From: Squalus acanthias
Lineage: Eukaryota
Direction of reading: 5' to 3'
Length of the DNA: 64,000 bases
Assembly (NCBI GenBank): GCA_030390025.1
Contig: CM059432.1
Coordinates: 54,376,001-54,440,000 of the forward strand
In this document: in pieces, positions 45,486 through 58,463 of the stretch
How the letters are laid out: each line of letters opens with the position of its first letter
Position numbering within the stretch: the stretch's first letter is position 1
Notes under the pieces: model-generated
Told to the model about the DNA's origin: nothing
The model's input: the letters and a program-made list of their open reading frames with translations, nothing else
The model's database searches: none
Made by a program: the position numbers and the translations under genes

Positions 45486-46497
45486 ATCGAGAGAACTTTG
45501 GAAGATTATTGTTAGGGAATCTGCAATGTGCTCACCTACTTCCTTTGATCCCTGTAATGGAAACCATCTGGTCCTGAGGATTTGTCACTCTTTAGTGCCA
45601 TTATTTTCTTCATTACTATTACTTTGTGTATGTTAAATTTGTTGAGTCCCTGTCCCCGATTCAATATTAGTTTCCTTGAGATTTCAGGCATGCTATCCAC
45701 TTCCTCTACTGTAAATACTGACGTAAAAAAATTATTCAATATGTCCGCCATTTCCTTATTATCATTGACAATATCACCGCTATCGGTTTTCAAGGGGCCA
45801 ACATTGCTCCTGACCACCCTCTTTTTCCTAATATAATTGTAAAAAAAGTTTTATGTTGATTTTGTTATCCTTTGAAAGTTTCTTTTCATATTCCCTTTTC
45901 GTAGCTCTTCTGTCTGTTTTGTGTCCCTTTGCTGTTCTTTGTATCTTTCCCATTCACCAGGATCTGTGATACTTTTTGCATTTTTATATGCTTTTTCTTT
46001 TGTCTCTCACCTCTTTAGTTTTTTTGGCAAGTAGAGCTCTTGCCCCTCAGGGGTATAAACTGGTTCTGTATCACATTAAATTCTTTTTTGAACACCTCTC
46101 ACCGATGATCTGTCGTTTTACCCATTAATAGATTTACCCAGTTTACTGTGGACAGTCTCTGTCTCATTGCATTGAAGTCAGAATTACCCAAGTCTAGAAT
46201 CTTAGTAGCTGTTTCGCGTTTCTCCCTTTCAAAAACTATGTTGATCTCGATCATATTATTATCGCTATTAGGTAAATGTTCACGCACATTAAGGCTGTTA
46301 ACTAAATCTTGCTCATACTCATTACCAAATCTAATATGGCTTGCCCTTTGTTGGTTCTAGGACATATTGTTGGAGAAAACTATCCCGGACACACTCAAGA
46401 AATTCACTACCTTTCTGACATGTGCTAATCTGCTTATCCCAATCTATACGAAAGTTGAAATCTCCCATTAAAACCACTCTGCCTTTACTACACTCTT
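45486..46497 (-). mobile_element. Internal CR1 ORF2 fragment (family of the 53460 copy)
   Basis: ORFs 45536..45817- and 46099..46287- match 54760-55495. Confidence 0.85.
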
Positions 46498-46783
46498 ACA
46501 TAAGAACATAAGAAATAGGAGCAGGAATAGGCCACTTGGCCCCTCGAGCCTGCTCCGCCATTCAAGAAGATCATGGCTGATCTTGGCCTCAAAGCCACTT
46601 CCCTGCCCGCTCCCCATAACCCTTCACTCCTTTATCTTGCAAAAATTTGTCTATCTCTACCTTAAATGTATTTAATGACCCAGCCTCCACAGCTCTCTGG
46701 GGCAGAGAATTCCACAGATTTACGACCCTCTGAGAGAAGAAATTCCTCCTCATCTCAGTTCTAAAAGGGCGACCCTTTATTCT
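46498..46783 (-). mobile_element. CR1 3' fragment
   Basis: Nearly the reverse complement of 7540-7647 plus 8353-8525, i.e. the empty-site version of the MITE insertion at 7648. Confidence 0.88.
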
Positions 46784-47512
46784 CTTGTCTAATCCCTGCA
46801 ATTATACAATCTACCACTTCACAGCTGCTACCATCATGACCATCATGGCAATCTCCTCCGCTCAGCAGAGCCATATTTATTTAGGTCTACAATGTCTGCC
46901 TTTTCCAAGGTTTTGTCAGTCCACTCCCTCTTGCTCCATGTGCTGCTTTGCCTCCTTGTTCTGTTTCAGCAAATTAATCCCACACATGCTCTGGCCTTAT
47001 TGTTCAGCTGCTTGCTCTCTCCCACTCCTCTGAAGCTTCCCACAAACAAGCATGAATATTGCAAAAAATAGAAGAGAGATAAATCAGAAGTATTACAGAC
47101 AAACAAGAGAAAGAGAGAGGGGAATACACAGACAGGTAAGAAAGGAACAGAGAAAAAATAAAAAATGAAAGAAAGTAAGAAACTGAAGTGAAAGAAAGAA
47201 GAGTGATCTTGCATTTATACACTTTTCATGTCCTCAGGATATCCCAAAGCTTTTTAGTGAATGCATTTTTTTTCAAAACTAAGGCCTACAGTTTGGAGGT
47301 GTTAGCACTGGCTGTTAAGACCCGTTTTGGTGACCTGCAGCCTGAGAGCAGGGCGACCACGGCTCTCCCAGTGGCAGTCAAGATCACCGTGGCCCTCAAT
47401 TTCTTCGCCAGCGGATCCTTCCAGTCTGCAGTAGGAGACATAGCTAACATCTCACAGTTCGCCGTCCATCGCTGATTCCGGGAGGTCACTGAGGCTCCTT
47501 ACACCAGGAGAA

Positions 47513-48267
47513 CATAAGAACATAAGAAACAGGAGCAGGAGTAGGCCATTCGGCCCTTCGAGCCCGCTCCGCCATTCAATGAGATCATGGCTGATCTTCT
47601 GCCTCAACTCCATTCACCGGCCCTATCGCCATATCCCTTGATGCCTTTACTAGTCAGAAATCTATCGACTTCTGTTTTGAATATACCCAATGACTGAGCC
47701 TCCACAGCCCTGTGGGGTAGAGAATTCCAAAAATTCACCACCCTCTGTGTGAAGAAATTTCTTCTCATCTCAGTCCTGAATGGCCTACACTTTATCCTGA
47801 GGCTGTGGCCCCTGGTTCTAGACTCCCCAGCCAAGGAAAACATTCTCCCAGCATCCACCCTATCAAGCCCTGTAATAATTTTGTATGCTTCAATGAGATC
47901 CCCTCTCATTCTTCTGAATTCAAGAGAATACAGGCCTAGTTTATTCAATCTCTTTTCATACGACAGTCCCGTCATCCCAGGAATCAATCTCGTGAACCTC
48001 CGTTGCACTCCCTCTATGGCAAGTATATCCTTCCTTAGGTAAGGAGACCAAAATTGTACACAGTACTCCAGGTGTGGTCTCACCAAGGCCCTATGTAATA
48101 AGAGTAAGACTTCTTTACTCCTGCACTCAAATCCTCTTGTAATGAAGGCCAGCATACCATTTTCCTTCCTAATGGCTTGCTGCACCTGCTCATTCACTTT
48201 CAGTGACTCATGTACAAGGACACCCAGGTCCCTTTGAGCATCTGCATTCCCCAATCTTTCACCATTT
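47513..48267 (-). mobile_element. CR1 3' fragment inserted in the transposase
   Basis: ORF 47604..48254-, very similar to 20080-20830; AGGAGAA at both flanks (47506-47512, 48268-48274). Confidence 0.9.
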
Positions 48268-48498
48268 AGGAGAAGGGTCTATGTTTTCTTCTCTCTGAGC
48301 AAAGAGAAGCAGGACGAGCGTGCATGTAGCTTTGCCAGGATAGCGGGCTTCCCCATGGTGCAGGACGCCTTTGAATGCACCCACGTGGCTTTGTGGGTGC
48401 CACATAACAATCCTGAGATGTTCCGTAACCACAAAAGCTGCCACTCAATTCATATGCAATTAGTGTACGACCATGCCCAACGCTTCCTGATGGTCAAT

Positions 48499-48601
48499 GC
48501 CTCAGTACTGCCTCTCTGTGAGTGTAGCTCTCCCTCAGTACTGCCACTTTGAAAGTGCAGCACACCCTCAGCACTGCCCCTCTGACAGTGCAGCGCTCCT
48601 C
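48499..48601. repeat. About three degenerate ~33-bp units derived from a DeuSINE internal segment
   Basis: CCTCAGTACTGCC...GACAGTGCAGC units match 40352-40385; inserted between NA and QYPGS codons of the transposase. Confidence 0.7.
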
Positions 48602-50440
48602 AATATCCTGGCAGCAGTCATGATGCCTTCATCTTGCGTCAGTCCGGTGTGCCAGCAATCTTCCAGCCACCACATGAAACTCGAGGGTGGCTGCTCGGAG
48701 ACAAGGGCTATCGGCTCTACACGTGGCCGATGACTCCCCTTCGCAACCCCACCACTACTGCCCAGCACTCATATAATGAGAGCCATGCTTCCACCAGGAA
48801 CACCATCAAGCAGACCATTAGGCTACTGAAGCAATGGTTCCGCTGCCTTGACCGCTCAGGCAGAGCCCTCCAGTATTCGGCGAAGTGGGAGTCCCATTTT
48901 GTGGTGGTCTGCTGCATGCTTCATAACTAGGCCATCATGAGGGTGCAGCCCTTGCCAGCAGGGATTGCGGGACCACCTCAGGAGGAGGAGGAGGTAAAGG
49001 GGGAGAAGGAGGAGGAAGAGGAAGATGAACAAGAGTAAGAGGATGAGGATGAAGGGAGGAGGCAGGCGCCCAATCCCCCTTCTGGCTCGGCTGTCCATGA
49101 CCACCTCATCGGGCTCCGATTCCAATGAATGAAACCCCAGATCCCTGTTGCTCACCACATCCCCATCATTCTATCCCTCTGTCATGGAATATCACAGCGT
49201 CCTACTGGGCACAAAGCTGAAATGAGAGCCACCACAAAACAAACATTCCAAACAAAATGAATAAATTAATCAAAAATTAATTTACACTAATGATATCAAC
49301 TAATCACCCTTGCGCAATCCCTTTCTGCCTGTTGTTTGGGTGCTTTTCCTGATCTGGTGCTCCTATGAAGTGCTCCCCCAGTGGCTGCAGCATGGCTGGT
49401 GGAAGGCTGCTGAGTTTCCATGGGGTAGACTTCAGATGGCCTTGCAGGACGACCTTGAGCAGTTCTGGCCCTCGAAGGCCCGGCTGTAGACTGCACCACC
49501 TCGGCATGAGTGGCAGCAGTCTGGGCTGGATGGCTGACAGGCAACAGCAAGGGCACTGGCGGAGTGGCAGGGGTGGGAATAGGAATGTTGTCATCCTGAA
49601 AGAGGACAGCAGGTTCTTACTCCATGGTGCCACTGCCACTCCTGCAGGGCGGTGCCTCAGCATTCCTAGCCATCTGTTGGAGCACAGATTGCTGGGCTGC
49701 TGCGACACCCTGCAAGCCCCGGTCGACAATGGTAAACCCAGCCATGATGGCAACAGTCTGAGCTTGGGTGGCATCAATCTGAGACTACATAAGAGCGGTC
49801 TGCGCTTCAGCTGCGGCACTAAGACGTTGGCTTGCTTCCGCCTGTGTTGCAATGTCTAGGTCAACATGGTCTCTTCGGGAGTTTTACATAATTTCCAGTC
49901 TGGAAATCCTGGGCCCCAAGCTCTGCGCAAAGCCCCGTGCAATGTTGGAGAGGGTCTCCTCCATGCTCCTTGACATTGCCAACAGGCTCTCTGGCAGGCT
50001 TGCCATTGCACCTAGCAATTCGGTGTACATGCCCATCACCCTTGTTCTGAAGCCCGCCCCATCAAAGTCCTCATCTGAGTCCTATGCAGCAGAACTCATC
50101 CGCGAACTCGCCATCCGGGAAGCTGGCCCTTGAGCTACCCTTTCCCCCGGCCTTGCTGCAGCCCACTCGTGCCCGGTGCCTCACGCTGTGCAGATCCCAC
50201 TTCTACACTAGCCTCTAAAGTACATACAGTGCCAGTTTCTGAGCTGGTGTCTGCAAGTGAGAGATGCAGTGATGCTGTGTCTTCTTCTTCCTCTCCTCCC
50301 CCTCGCTCTCCTCCATCGCCTCGGGAACTGGCTGGTCTGGTGCTTGTGCTTGATTAGCTGAAAACAGAAAAGCACAAGAGTCAGGTTATGGTGAGGGGAG
50401 GGGGAGGAAAGCAAGATATGCATGCATACAGCATCTAGAC

Positions 50441-50588
50441 ACAAAAGGCATGTTAGGGGTATGGGGAGAGAGCGGGAATATGGTATTGAGATAGAGGATC
50501 AGCCATGATCATATTGAATGGCGGAGCAGGCTCGAAGGGCCGAATGGCCTACTCCTGCTCCTATTTTTCTATGTTTCTATGTTTCTAT
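50441..50588 (+). mobile_element. CR1/SINE 3' tail in a Myb-gene intron
   Basis: GATCAGCCATGATC...GGCCGAATGGCCTACTCCTGCTCC and (TTTCTATG)n. Confidence 0.8.
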
Positions 50589-51554
50589 CAGCAGCTTGAA
50601 AGTGAGAAGAGATTGTGGGATGAGGGGGAAATGGGATGTGAGATGAAGGATTAGGAATGAGCATACCATTGTTGTCCCCAAGGGCTTCAACCTCGCCAGT
50701 TGCCACGGCCTCCATGGCTTCCCGTCCAATGATCTCCAGCACTCGCTCCTCCAGTTGGCTGAGGTCCTGGATGGCAGCTTTCCCCCCACCTGTCTACTGC
50801 TGCTCCCTCCTGTTATATGTGACCTTGGCCTGCAAGAGAAAGGGAAGTGTGTAAGTAAGTGTGGTGCAATGTGTTTGGGTGATGTGCCTGCCATAGTTGA
50901 ATAGTTGTCAGTGTGTGCAAGGTGTGAGATGTGGGTGTGAGTGTTGCAGCATTGGTAAGGTTGTGAGGGTTCAGTGAAGCTATGATTGTGAGGTCTGAGT
51001 GGTGTCAGGTAGAGATTGTTGGTAGGTGAGTGATGCGGGTGTGGTGCATTGAGCAGTGCGTGAGGCTTGTGGTGCAGATGGTGGGATATGGCATTTGTTG
51101 AAGCCTTCACTCACCTTGACCTGCCGTGTGAGGTCATTAAACTTCTTGCGGCACTGGATTGCCGACCTGGGGACCACAGTGCTGGCCGTCACATGTTTTT
51201 CATATTATGAGAATTTTATGGGGAATATGTTTCATAAAATAAAAATCTTTAAATTGTACAATAGATTTGATTAACTTCAATAATATTTTGTTTATTTCTC
51301 TTTCTGCTGATTCTTTTTCCTTAAATTATCTCTACATTTAAAATATTGACCTCTTTGCAGTTGCTGGCTCGGAGACGCTGCTGAGCCTAATGACGCAAGC
51401 AACTAGAATTAACAACAGCAAAGATCTAAGCGCCAATTGTAACCTGGGGCGCATCCGGAACGGGCGGGAGTTCCCCATAGACTCCTTGGAGTGAGGCCTG
51501 GGCCATTTTCATTCCGGGCCTCATTTAAATCTGTCTCCCACCCGAAACTCGGTG

Positions 51555-51997
51555 GCAACACGGTGGCATAGTGGTTAGCACTGTTACCTCACAGCGCCAG
51601 GGACCCGGGTTCAAATCCGGCCTCAGGTGACTGTCTGTGTGGAGTTTGCACATTCTCCCCGTGTCTGCGTGGGTTTCCTCCGGGTGCTCCGGTTTCCTCC
51701 CACAGTCCAAAAATGTGCGGATTAGGTTGATTTGGCTATGATAAATTGACCCTTAGTGTTAGGGGGGGATTAAATATGTGGGGTTATGGGGATAGGATGG
51801 GATATGTTAGGGGGAATTAAATACATGGAGTTACGGGGATAGGGTGGGATATGTGTCGGTGCAGGCTCGATGGGGATTCTGTGTGGGAAAGCAGGGACAG
51901 GGTACTGGATTTGGATGATCAGCCATGATCGTATTGAATGGTGGAGCAGGCTCGACGGGCCGAATGGCCTACTCCTGCTCCTAGTTTCTATGTTTCT
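51555..51997 (+). mobile_element. HE1-type V-SINE, full length
   Basis: A box TGGCATAGTGG, B box GGTTCAAATCC, V-domain TGTGTGGAGTTTGCACATTCTCCCCGTGTCTGCGTGGGTTTCCTCCGGGTGCTCCGGTTTCCTCCCACA, CR1-derived tail. Confidence 0.92.
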
Positions 51998-52714
51998 AAA
52001 CCAGTGGGAGCGATATCGCGGTCAGCAGGCAGGAGCGAGAATTCATATGGGACACATGGACACCGGAGAATGGTCCCTGGCATAATGGAGACCACATTGT
52101 CATTAAAACTATCAACAGCCTCTCTGACGATGACATGGAATTCGATAGCAGCAAGGGCCTTTCTGAGTATTTATTTGGAATAGTTTGCAAGTGTATGTTC
52201 ACAGTGAATTGGGAACCTCAGCAAGTGCCTGGAGATGAAAAAGAAAAGAGAGATCGATATAGTTGCCACAGGCCTCCATGATCTGCCGCCCAATGATCTC
52301 CAGCACTCGCTCCTCCAGTTGCCTCTAAACCTTTTATAATGAAGAATAAACCTGTTCATAATATCAATGAAGACTGTAACATGGTCACCTTTTTAAATGT
52401 TACAAGCAATAAGCCATCAGGTGCAGATAGCTTAAATGGCATTTTTTATTAGCAGTGACTTGTCCAATGATATTTCTCATTGATTGAAAACTGAAACTAA
52501 TCAGATCTATTTGGGGTTTCAATGTTTTTCTACAATTAATGACTCAATAAAGTGCATTTAATTTTACGATGTACTTTAATTTACAAGGTTTCCTCTGTGT
52601 ATGTACTTCATTCCTTTTATCTATCTGTCTCTTTTTATCTCCTTTTCGATTTCTCTCATTCTATCTCTTCTTATCTCTCTTTTAATATCTCTCTTTCTAT
52701 GACCCCTCCACAAT

Positions 52715-53440
52715 GGATAGGGGAAGGGTCGTGGGGGGTTGAGGTTAAAGACATAAATATGAGGAACACGTCCCCAACACGCCGCGCGGGACCACCACCC
52801 TCTTTACGGAGGAGGGCATCATGGCGTCCGAGAGTTCCACCGTGGAGAACGGGACACTTCATTAAAATATTCAAATCGGGCTCCCACAGTGCAATTCAGA
52901 GCCCAATTTAAAATTCATTGCTGCTGCAAGCGTTTCCCAGGTGTCGGGAAACCCGGAAGTGAAAGGGAGGTGGGAACTGCCGGCTCCACAAGGGAAATGT
53001 CTTTTCCAACACTCCTTGTGGGGCTGGAGGAGCAGGAGTGCTTTCCCAGCCACTCAAGGAAGACTTCGGCACCCCTCCTTCTGTCGATCGTGGCCTCAGC
53101 TTCCACCATGCCACGATTGCAGACAATCAGTGCACCCCACCCCGCCTAGATGACCTCGCTCCTTGCAGCGATCTCTCCCCCCTACCACGATGGCCGATCT
53201 CTCCCCCCGCTGCGATGGCCGATCCCTCCCCCTCCCATGCCGTGATGGCTGATCTCCTCACCACGCCGCGATGGTCGACCTTCCCCGTTGCTCAAGGTTA
53301 CCCGGCTGCAGACTCCTGCCATTGGTTTTCCCTCCCAGGTGGCGGCCAGGCTGTCAATTTGGCCGGCTGCCAGATGGGAAACAGATCAAAAAATTGATAA
53401 TGAGGTCCTGCCGTTAAAATTGGCAGGACCTCTATGTTCC
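52715..53440. mobile_element. Probable non-autonomous DNA transposon with internal imperfect tandem repeats
   Basis: Inverted relative of 62645-63298 (CTTGTGGGGCTGGAGGAGCAGGAGTG); CGATGGCCGATC repeats 53165-53280; boundaries approximate. Confidence 0.5.
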
Positions 53441-53589
53441 TGCAGAAACTGATCCTATCGAACAGTTACAATGTATTTGCTACCTGTGAGGATAAGGATA
53501 AAGACTGTCGGAAGGACAGCCAGAATGCGGACCATAGGCACTTTGGAGCAGGAGGTAGTCCTAAGGGGGGAGGAGGAGGAGGAGAGGAA

Positions 53590-54040
53590 GTGTAGTGTGC
53601 TAGTTGTAGGGGATTCTATAGTTAAGGGGACAGATAGCATTCTTTGTAAGCAAGATCGAGAGTCCCACATGGTATGTTGCCTACCTAGTGCCAGGGTGAG
53701 GGACATCTCAAACCAGCTTGAAAGGATATTGGAGAGGGAGGAGGAGGATACAGTCGTTGTGGTCCATGTTGGGACCAACAACATAGGGAAAAGTAGGCAA
53801 GAAGTCCTGTTTGGGGAGTACCAGGAACTAGGAGCTAAATTAAAGAACAGGACCTCAAGGGTTATAATCTTTGGATTATTACCTGAGCCACGTGCAAATT
53901 GGTGTAGGGATAAGCTGATTAGTGAAGTGAACATGTGGCTAAAGGAGTGGTGTGGGAAAGAAGGGTTCCATTTCATGGGGCACTGGCACCAGTATTGGGA
54001 CAGGTAGGAACAGTACCATTGGGACAGGCTCGACCTGAAC
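53590..54040 (+). pseudogene. CR1 ORF1 SGNH/GDSL esterase domain
   Basis: GDS block I, G(A) block II, GTN block III, degenerate DxxH (DRLDLN) after a premature stop at 54005. Confidence 0.82.
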
Positions 54041-56316
54041 CGGAAAAGTAAAAGATGTAAAGTGATTAAAATAGGAGAGAGAAATAAGAAACAAGTGAGT
54101 AAAACATTAGAGCTGAAGGACAGGCTAGGGTGTGTGGCCCAAATAAGCATTCTTTATACAAACGCACGGAGTATAAGGAATAAATTGAATGAACTGCAGG
54201 CGCAAAGTCAAATTGGAGGGTATGACATGGTAGCCATTACTGAGGCATGGCTGCAAGACGGTCAGGACTGGGAACTAAATATACCAAGTTGTAAGGTCTA
54301 TGGGAAAGATAGGGAAAATGCTAGAGGGGGAGGAGTAGCCTTAGTGATTAAGGATGAAATCACTTCAATGATAAGAGAGGATATAATGAGAGTTAAGCAG
54401 GCAGTGGAGACATTATGGGTAGAATTAAGAAATAGGAAAGGATTTAAGACTGTAGTGGGAGTTGTGCATAGCCCCCCTGGTAGCAGCTGTGAAGAGCTAG
54501 ATTGTATAAATGCAGAGATTAGACAAGAATGTAGTAAAGGCAGAGTGGTTTTAATGGGGGATTTTAACTTTCATATAGATTGGGATAAGCAGACTAACAC
54601 CTGTCAGAAAGGTACTGAATTTCTTGAGTGTGTCCAGGATAGTTTTCTATAACAATATGTCCTAGAGCCAACAAGGGGGCAAGCCATATTAGATTTAGTA
54701 ATGAGTAATGAGCCAGATTTAGTTAACAGCGTGAACATTTATCCAATTACAATCATAACATGATCGAGTTCAACATAACATTTGAAAGGGAGAAACGTGA
54801 AACAGCTACTAAGATTCTCGATTTGGGTAAAGCTGACTTCAATGGGATGAGGCAGAGACTGTCCACAGTAAACTGGACAAATCTGTTAATGGGTAAAACG
54901 ACAGAAGATCAGTGGGAGATGTTCAAAAAAGAATTCAAGGTGATACAGAACCATTTTATACCCCTGAGGAGCAAGAGCTCTACTTGCCAAAAAAAAGCCA
55001 TGGACAACTAAAGAGGTGAATAAAATTAAAATAAAATGCATACAAAAATGCAAAATTAAGCAAAGATCCTGGCGAATGGGAAAGATACAAAGAACAGCAA
55101 AGGGTCACAAAACCGACAGAAGAGCTACAAAAAGGGAATATGAAAAGAAACTTGCAAGGGATATCAAAATCAACACAAAGAATTTTTACAATTATATTAA
55201 GAAAAAGAAGGTAGTCAGGAGCAATGATGGCCCCTTAAAAACTGAAAGCGGTGATATTGTCAAGGATAATAAAGAAATGGCAGACATGTTGAATCATTAT
55301 TTTGCATCAGCATTTACAGTAGAGGAAGAGGATAACATGCCAGAAATCCCAAGGAAGCTAATATTGAATCGGGGACAGGGACTCAATAAAATTAACATAT
55401 ATAAAATAACAGTAATGAAGAAAATAATGGCACTAAAGAGTGACAAATCCCATGGACCAGATGGTTTCCATCCAGGGTTTAAAGGATGTAGGTGAGCACA
55501 TTGCAGATGCCCTAACTATGATCTTCCAAAGTTCTTTCGATTCAGGAACCGTTCCTTAGAATCGGAAAACTGTGCATGTCACTCCGCTATTTAAGAATGG
55601 CGAGAGAGGGAAACCAGGGAATTATAGACCAGTTAGTCTATCATCTGTTGTTGGGAAATTACTAGAGTTTATAATTAAGGATAGGGTGACTGAACTCCTC
55701 AAAAATTTTCAGTTGTTCAGAGAGAGCCAGCATTGATTTGTGAAAGGTAGGACATGCCTGACAAAGCTGATGGAATTTTTTGAGAACGTAACTAAAGTAG
55801 TGGACAGGGGAATATCTACGGATGTTATTTATATGGACTTCCAGAAGGCATTTGATAAAGTCCCACATAAGAGATTATTAACTAAGGTAGAAGCCCATGG
55901 AATTGAGGGCAAATTATTGACCTGATTAGGAAATTGGTTGAGCGGCAGGAAACACAGAGTAGGGATAATAGGTAGGTACACAAATTGGCAGGCTGCGACT
56001 GGTGGTGCCCTGCAGGGATCTGAGTTGGGGCCTCAACTATTCACAGTATTTATTAACGACTTAGATGATGGGATAGAAAGTCATATATCCAAATTTGCTA
56101 ATGACAGAAAGAGGCACAAAGGGTGGTAGAAGTTTGGAACTCTCTTCTGCAAACAGCAATTGATGCGAGAGCAATTGTTAATTTTAAGTCAGAGATTGAT
56201 AACTTTTTATTAACCAAAGGTATTAAGGGATATGGGCCAAAGGCGGGTATATGGAGTTAGGTCGCAGATCAGCCATGATCTCATTGAATGGCAGAACAGG
56301 CTCGAGCGGCTCAATG

Positions 56317-57573
56317 TGAAGGGATTGTTACTAGTCCTAGCCCCTTTAGGGCTACCCCGGATCAGGTGTATTCCCCAGACGTTCACTTTTAACTAAAGTT
56401 TGAGGTAGCCGAATCCTAAAGACGCTTAACTGGGTCTAAACGTCTGGACCATCTCTCCCTAAAGAAAAGGAACAACCTGAAGATGTTACCGTCCTCCAGA
56501 TAGCACTTTTAATAAGTTTAGCTAGACTGTAACCTTCTGGATATTATGAGGGTCCGGAAAACTCCCCCAGAATTCTGCAACTCCTCACCAAAGAGTGTAC
56601 AGAGATTGAGTTCGCAAGTTTGATACAGAAGAATTATGTGAGACAATTCTAAGAATATATAGATTTATTAAAGAACCGACATGAAATTACAGTAGGTGTT
56701 TCAATCGCAACATTAACAGTTCCAAAAAGAGAAAGCTTACAATTCTTATCAGATCTTAACTTCATTACATTTTTACAGTTCTAGTCTTTATTCCAGGATA
56801 TCCACCAAAATCAAATACAGTACAGTACCTTTGATCCCCGAGATACAAAGAGTTGTAGACTTACAGAGATGCCTCTGAAGCCTGAGAATCACTTTGCCCC
56901 TTTACAGCGAGACTATCATCCCATTTGAAAGTTCAATATTTATATCCTTTTCCAGTGGTATTTCCTTTGAAGTTTTCTGCTGATGTAAGCTAATTATCTC
57001 TAGTCATTTTTCTGCTGACCCCTGCTATTCTTACAGTCACCTCAGCTGGTAGTAACACAGAATTATGTCTCTCCTCTCCTCTAGGTATTCCAATGTAATA
57101 GCAGGTGCATTTATTTGATGTCATTCTTACCAAGGTCTTCTGTTTGTGTCTTTTTATGAAGCGTAAATTAAAACACCTCAACCAGGGTGATCTATTCAAT
57201 TCTTAGTCACCTCAGCTGGTTGCAACACAGAATCGTGTCTCCTGTGTTTCATTTGGTGTCATTTTTACAAAGGCATATGTTTCTTAATTTTATGTGTTTC
57301 TTTCTGAAGTGTAATTTAGAACACCTTAACAGGGTGTACCATTGTGTTCTTTCCAAAGCTTCAGACTTCAGGAGCCTCCAACCTCCTGTTTCAATAAGGT
57401 TATTGATTCAGTGTCAACAACTTATCTTATCCGAATAGCCTGAATGCTGTTAACAATACAGCTTCTCCATTGTTAGGTTTTTAGATTTTCAAGCCCAGTT
57501 TGTCATGTTTTAATAAGGCCAGAATTCTTTCATAGAATGGTGTATTTTTCTGAATATGGCTTATTCCTTCACA
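56317..57573 (-). mobile_element. Solo LTR (1257 bp), ERV/Gypsy-like
   Basis: TGAAGGGATT...TTCCTTCACA termini; 4-bp TSD AATG (56313-56316, 57574-57577); minus-strand TATAAAT near 56940 and AATAAA near 56790 and 56665; ~170-bp internal duplication. Confidence 0.82.
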
Positions 57574-58463
57574 AATGGCCTACTCCTGTTCCTATGTTTC
57601 TATGTTCTTCGGCTATTTTTGACTTCCCCTGCTCCCTTGCAAATATCAGGGCCTGTGTCTCTCTTTGTCTTTCTTTTTCAATGTCTATTTCTTTCTTATA
57701 TTCTGCTTATTCACCCACAACTCTGTGAATGCAGAGGAAACCTCTCTTTTTCTTCTCATGCCTCATTCACCCACTCACTGGTTCACACCGGCCACACCCA
57801 CTGAAACCCACTCCAGATTAAAATCAGCCTCCTTGTATTTTGTAGGATAAATATATCTACGTTCAGATAGTTTATGGGGGGGGGGAAGAGGAAGACATCC
57901 AAGTCCCTAGTGATCTCATGTATACATTTATCTTTGGAACAAGGGTGTGTGTGTGTACACGCTCGGGTGTGGCTGTGAAAGCATCCTAATTCCCTGGTAG
58001 TTTAAAGAGAGAATACCCATGATATTCCCCCTTCCCTTCTTTTCTTTCCTCCACTGGAAAGGTGCAACAAACCCAAAGTGCTCTGTGCCTATCCAAACTT
58101 CAGATCATCCAAATTTGGTGGGCTGGGTTATTTACATGGTCCTATTGCATGTCTAGCGCAGGTCTGCCACCACCCCCACCACCCCTCAGCAGGACCACCA
58201 GCCTCAGGAGAATGACAGCTAGAAGTCCTTGAGAGTCAAAGATCATGGGGGAGGTGGGAAAAGATGGTTTCACTTACCTTCTCAGGTCTCCCTTGCCTTG
58301 CTGCCTTGCCCCTTCACATCAACATCAACTTGCATTTATATGACACCTTTAATGTAGTAAAACATCCCAAGGCACTTTAGAGGTGCGTTATCAGACTAAA
58401 TTTTACACTGAGCCAAATAAGGAGATATTAGGGCAGGTGACCAAAAGCTCGGTAAAAGAGGTA

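Larger units (their letters stand above)
47330..51190. mobile_element. Decayed Harbinger: transposase (+, about 47330-49130) convergent with spliced Myb gene (-, about 49280-51190)
   Basis: [66 protein letters not shown]; Myb RSAIQCRKKFNDL; ends not defined (isolated TIR-like GGCCCAGAATTTGC at 45433). Confidence 0.82.
53460..57608 (+). mobile_element. CR1 LINE with ORF1 esterase, decayed ORF2, internal deletion near 56105, tail split by a solo LTR
   Basis: ORF1 VVGDSIVKG...CLPSARV...VVHVGTNNI; APE TNARSIRNK, AITEAWL, GDFN; RT DFQKAFD; tail resumes AATGGCCTACTCC at 57574. Confidence 0.9.

Noticed and set aside
51555..51630. tRNA gene (also 36425-36511 and 40420-40493)
   Set aside because: A/B boxes continue into SINE or LINE bodies; no complete cloverleaf or terminator is evident
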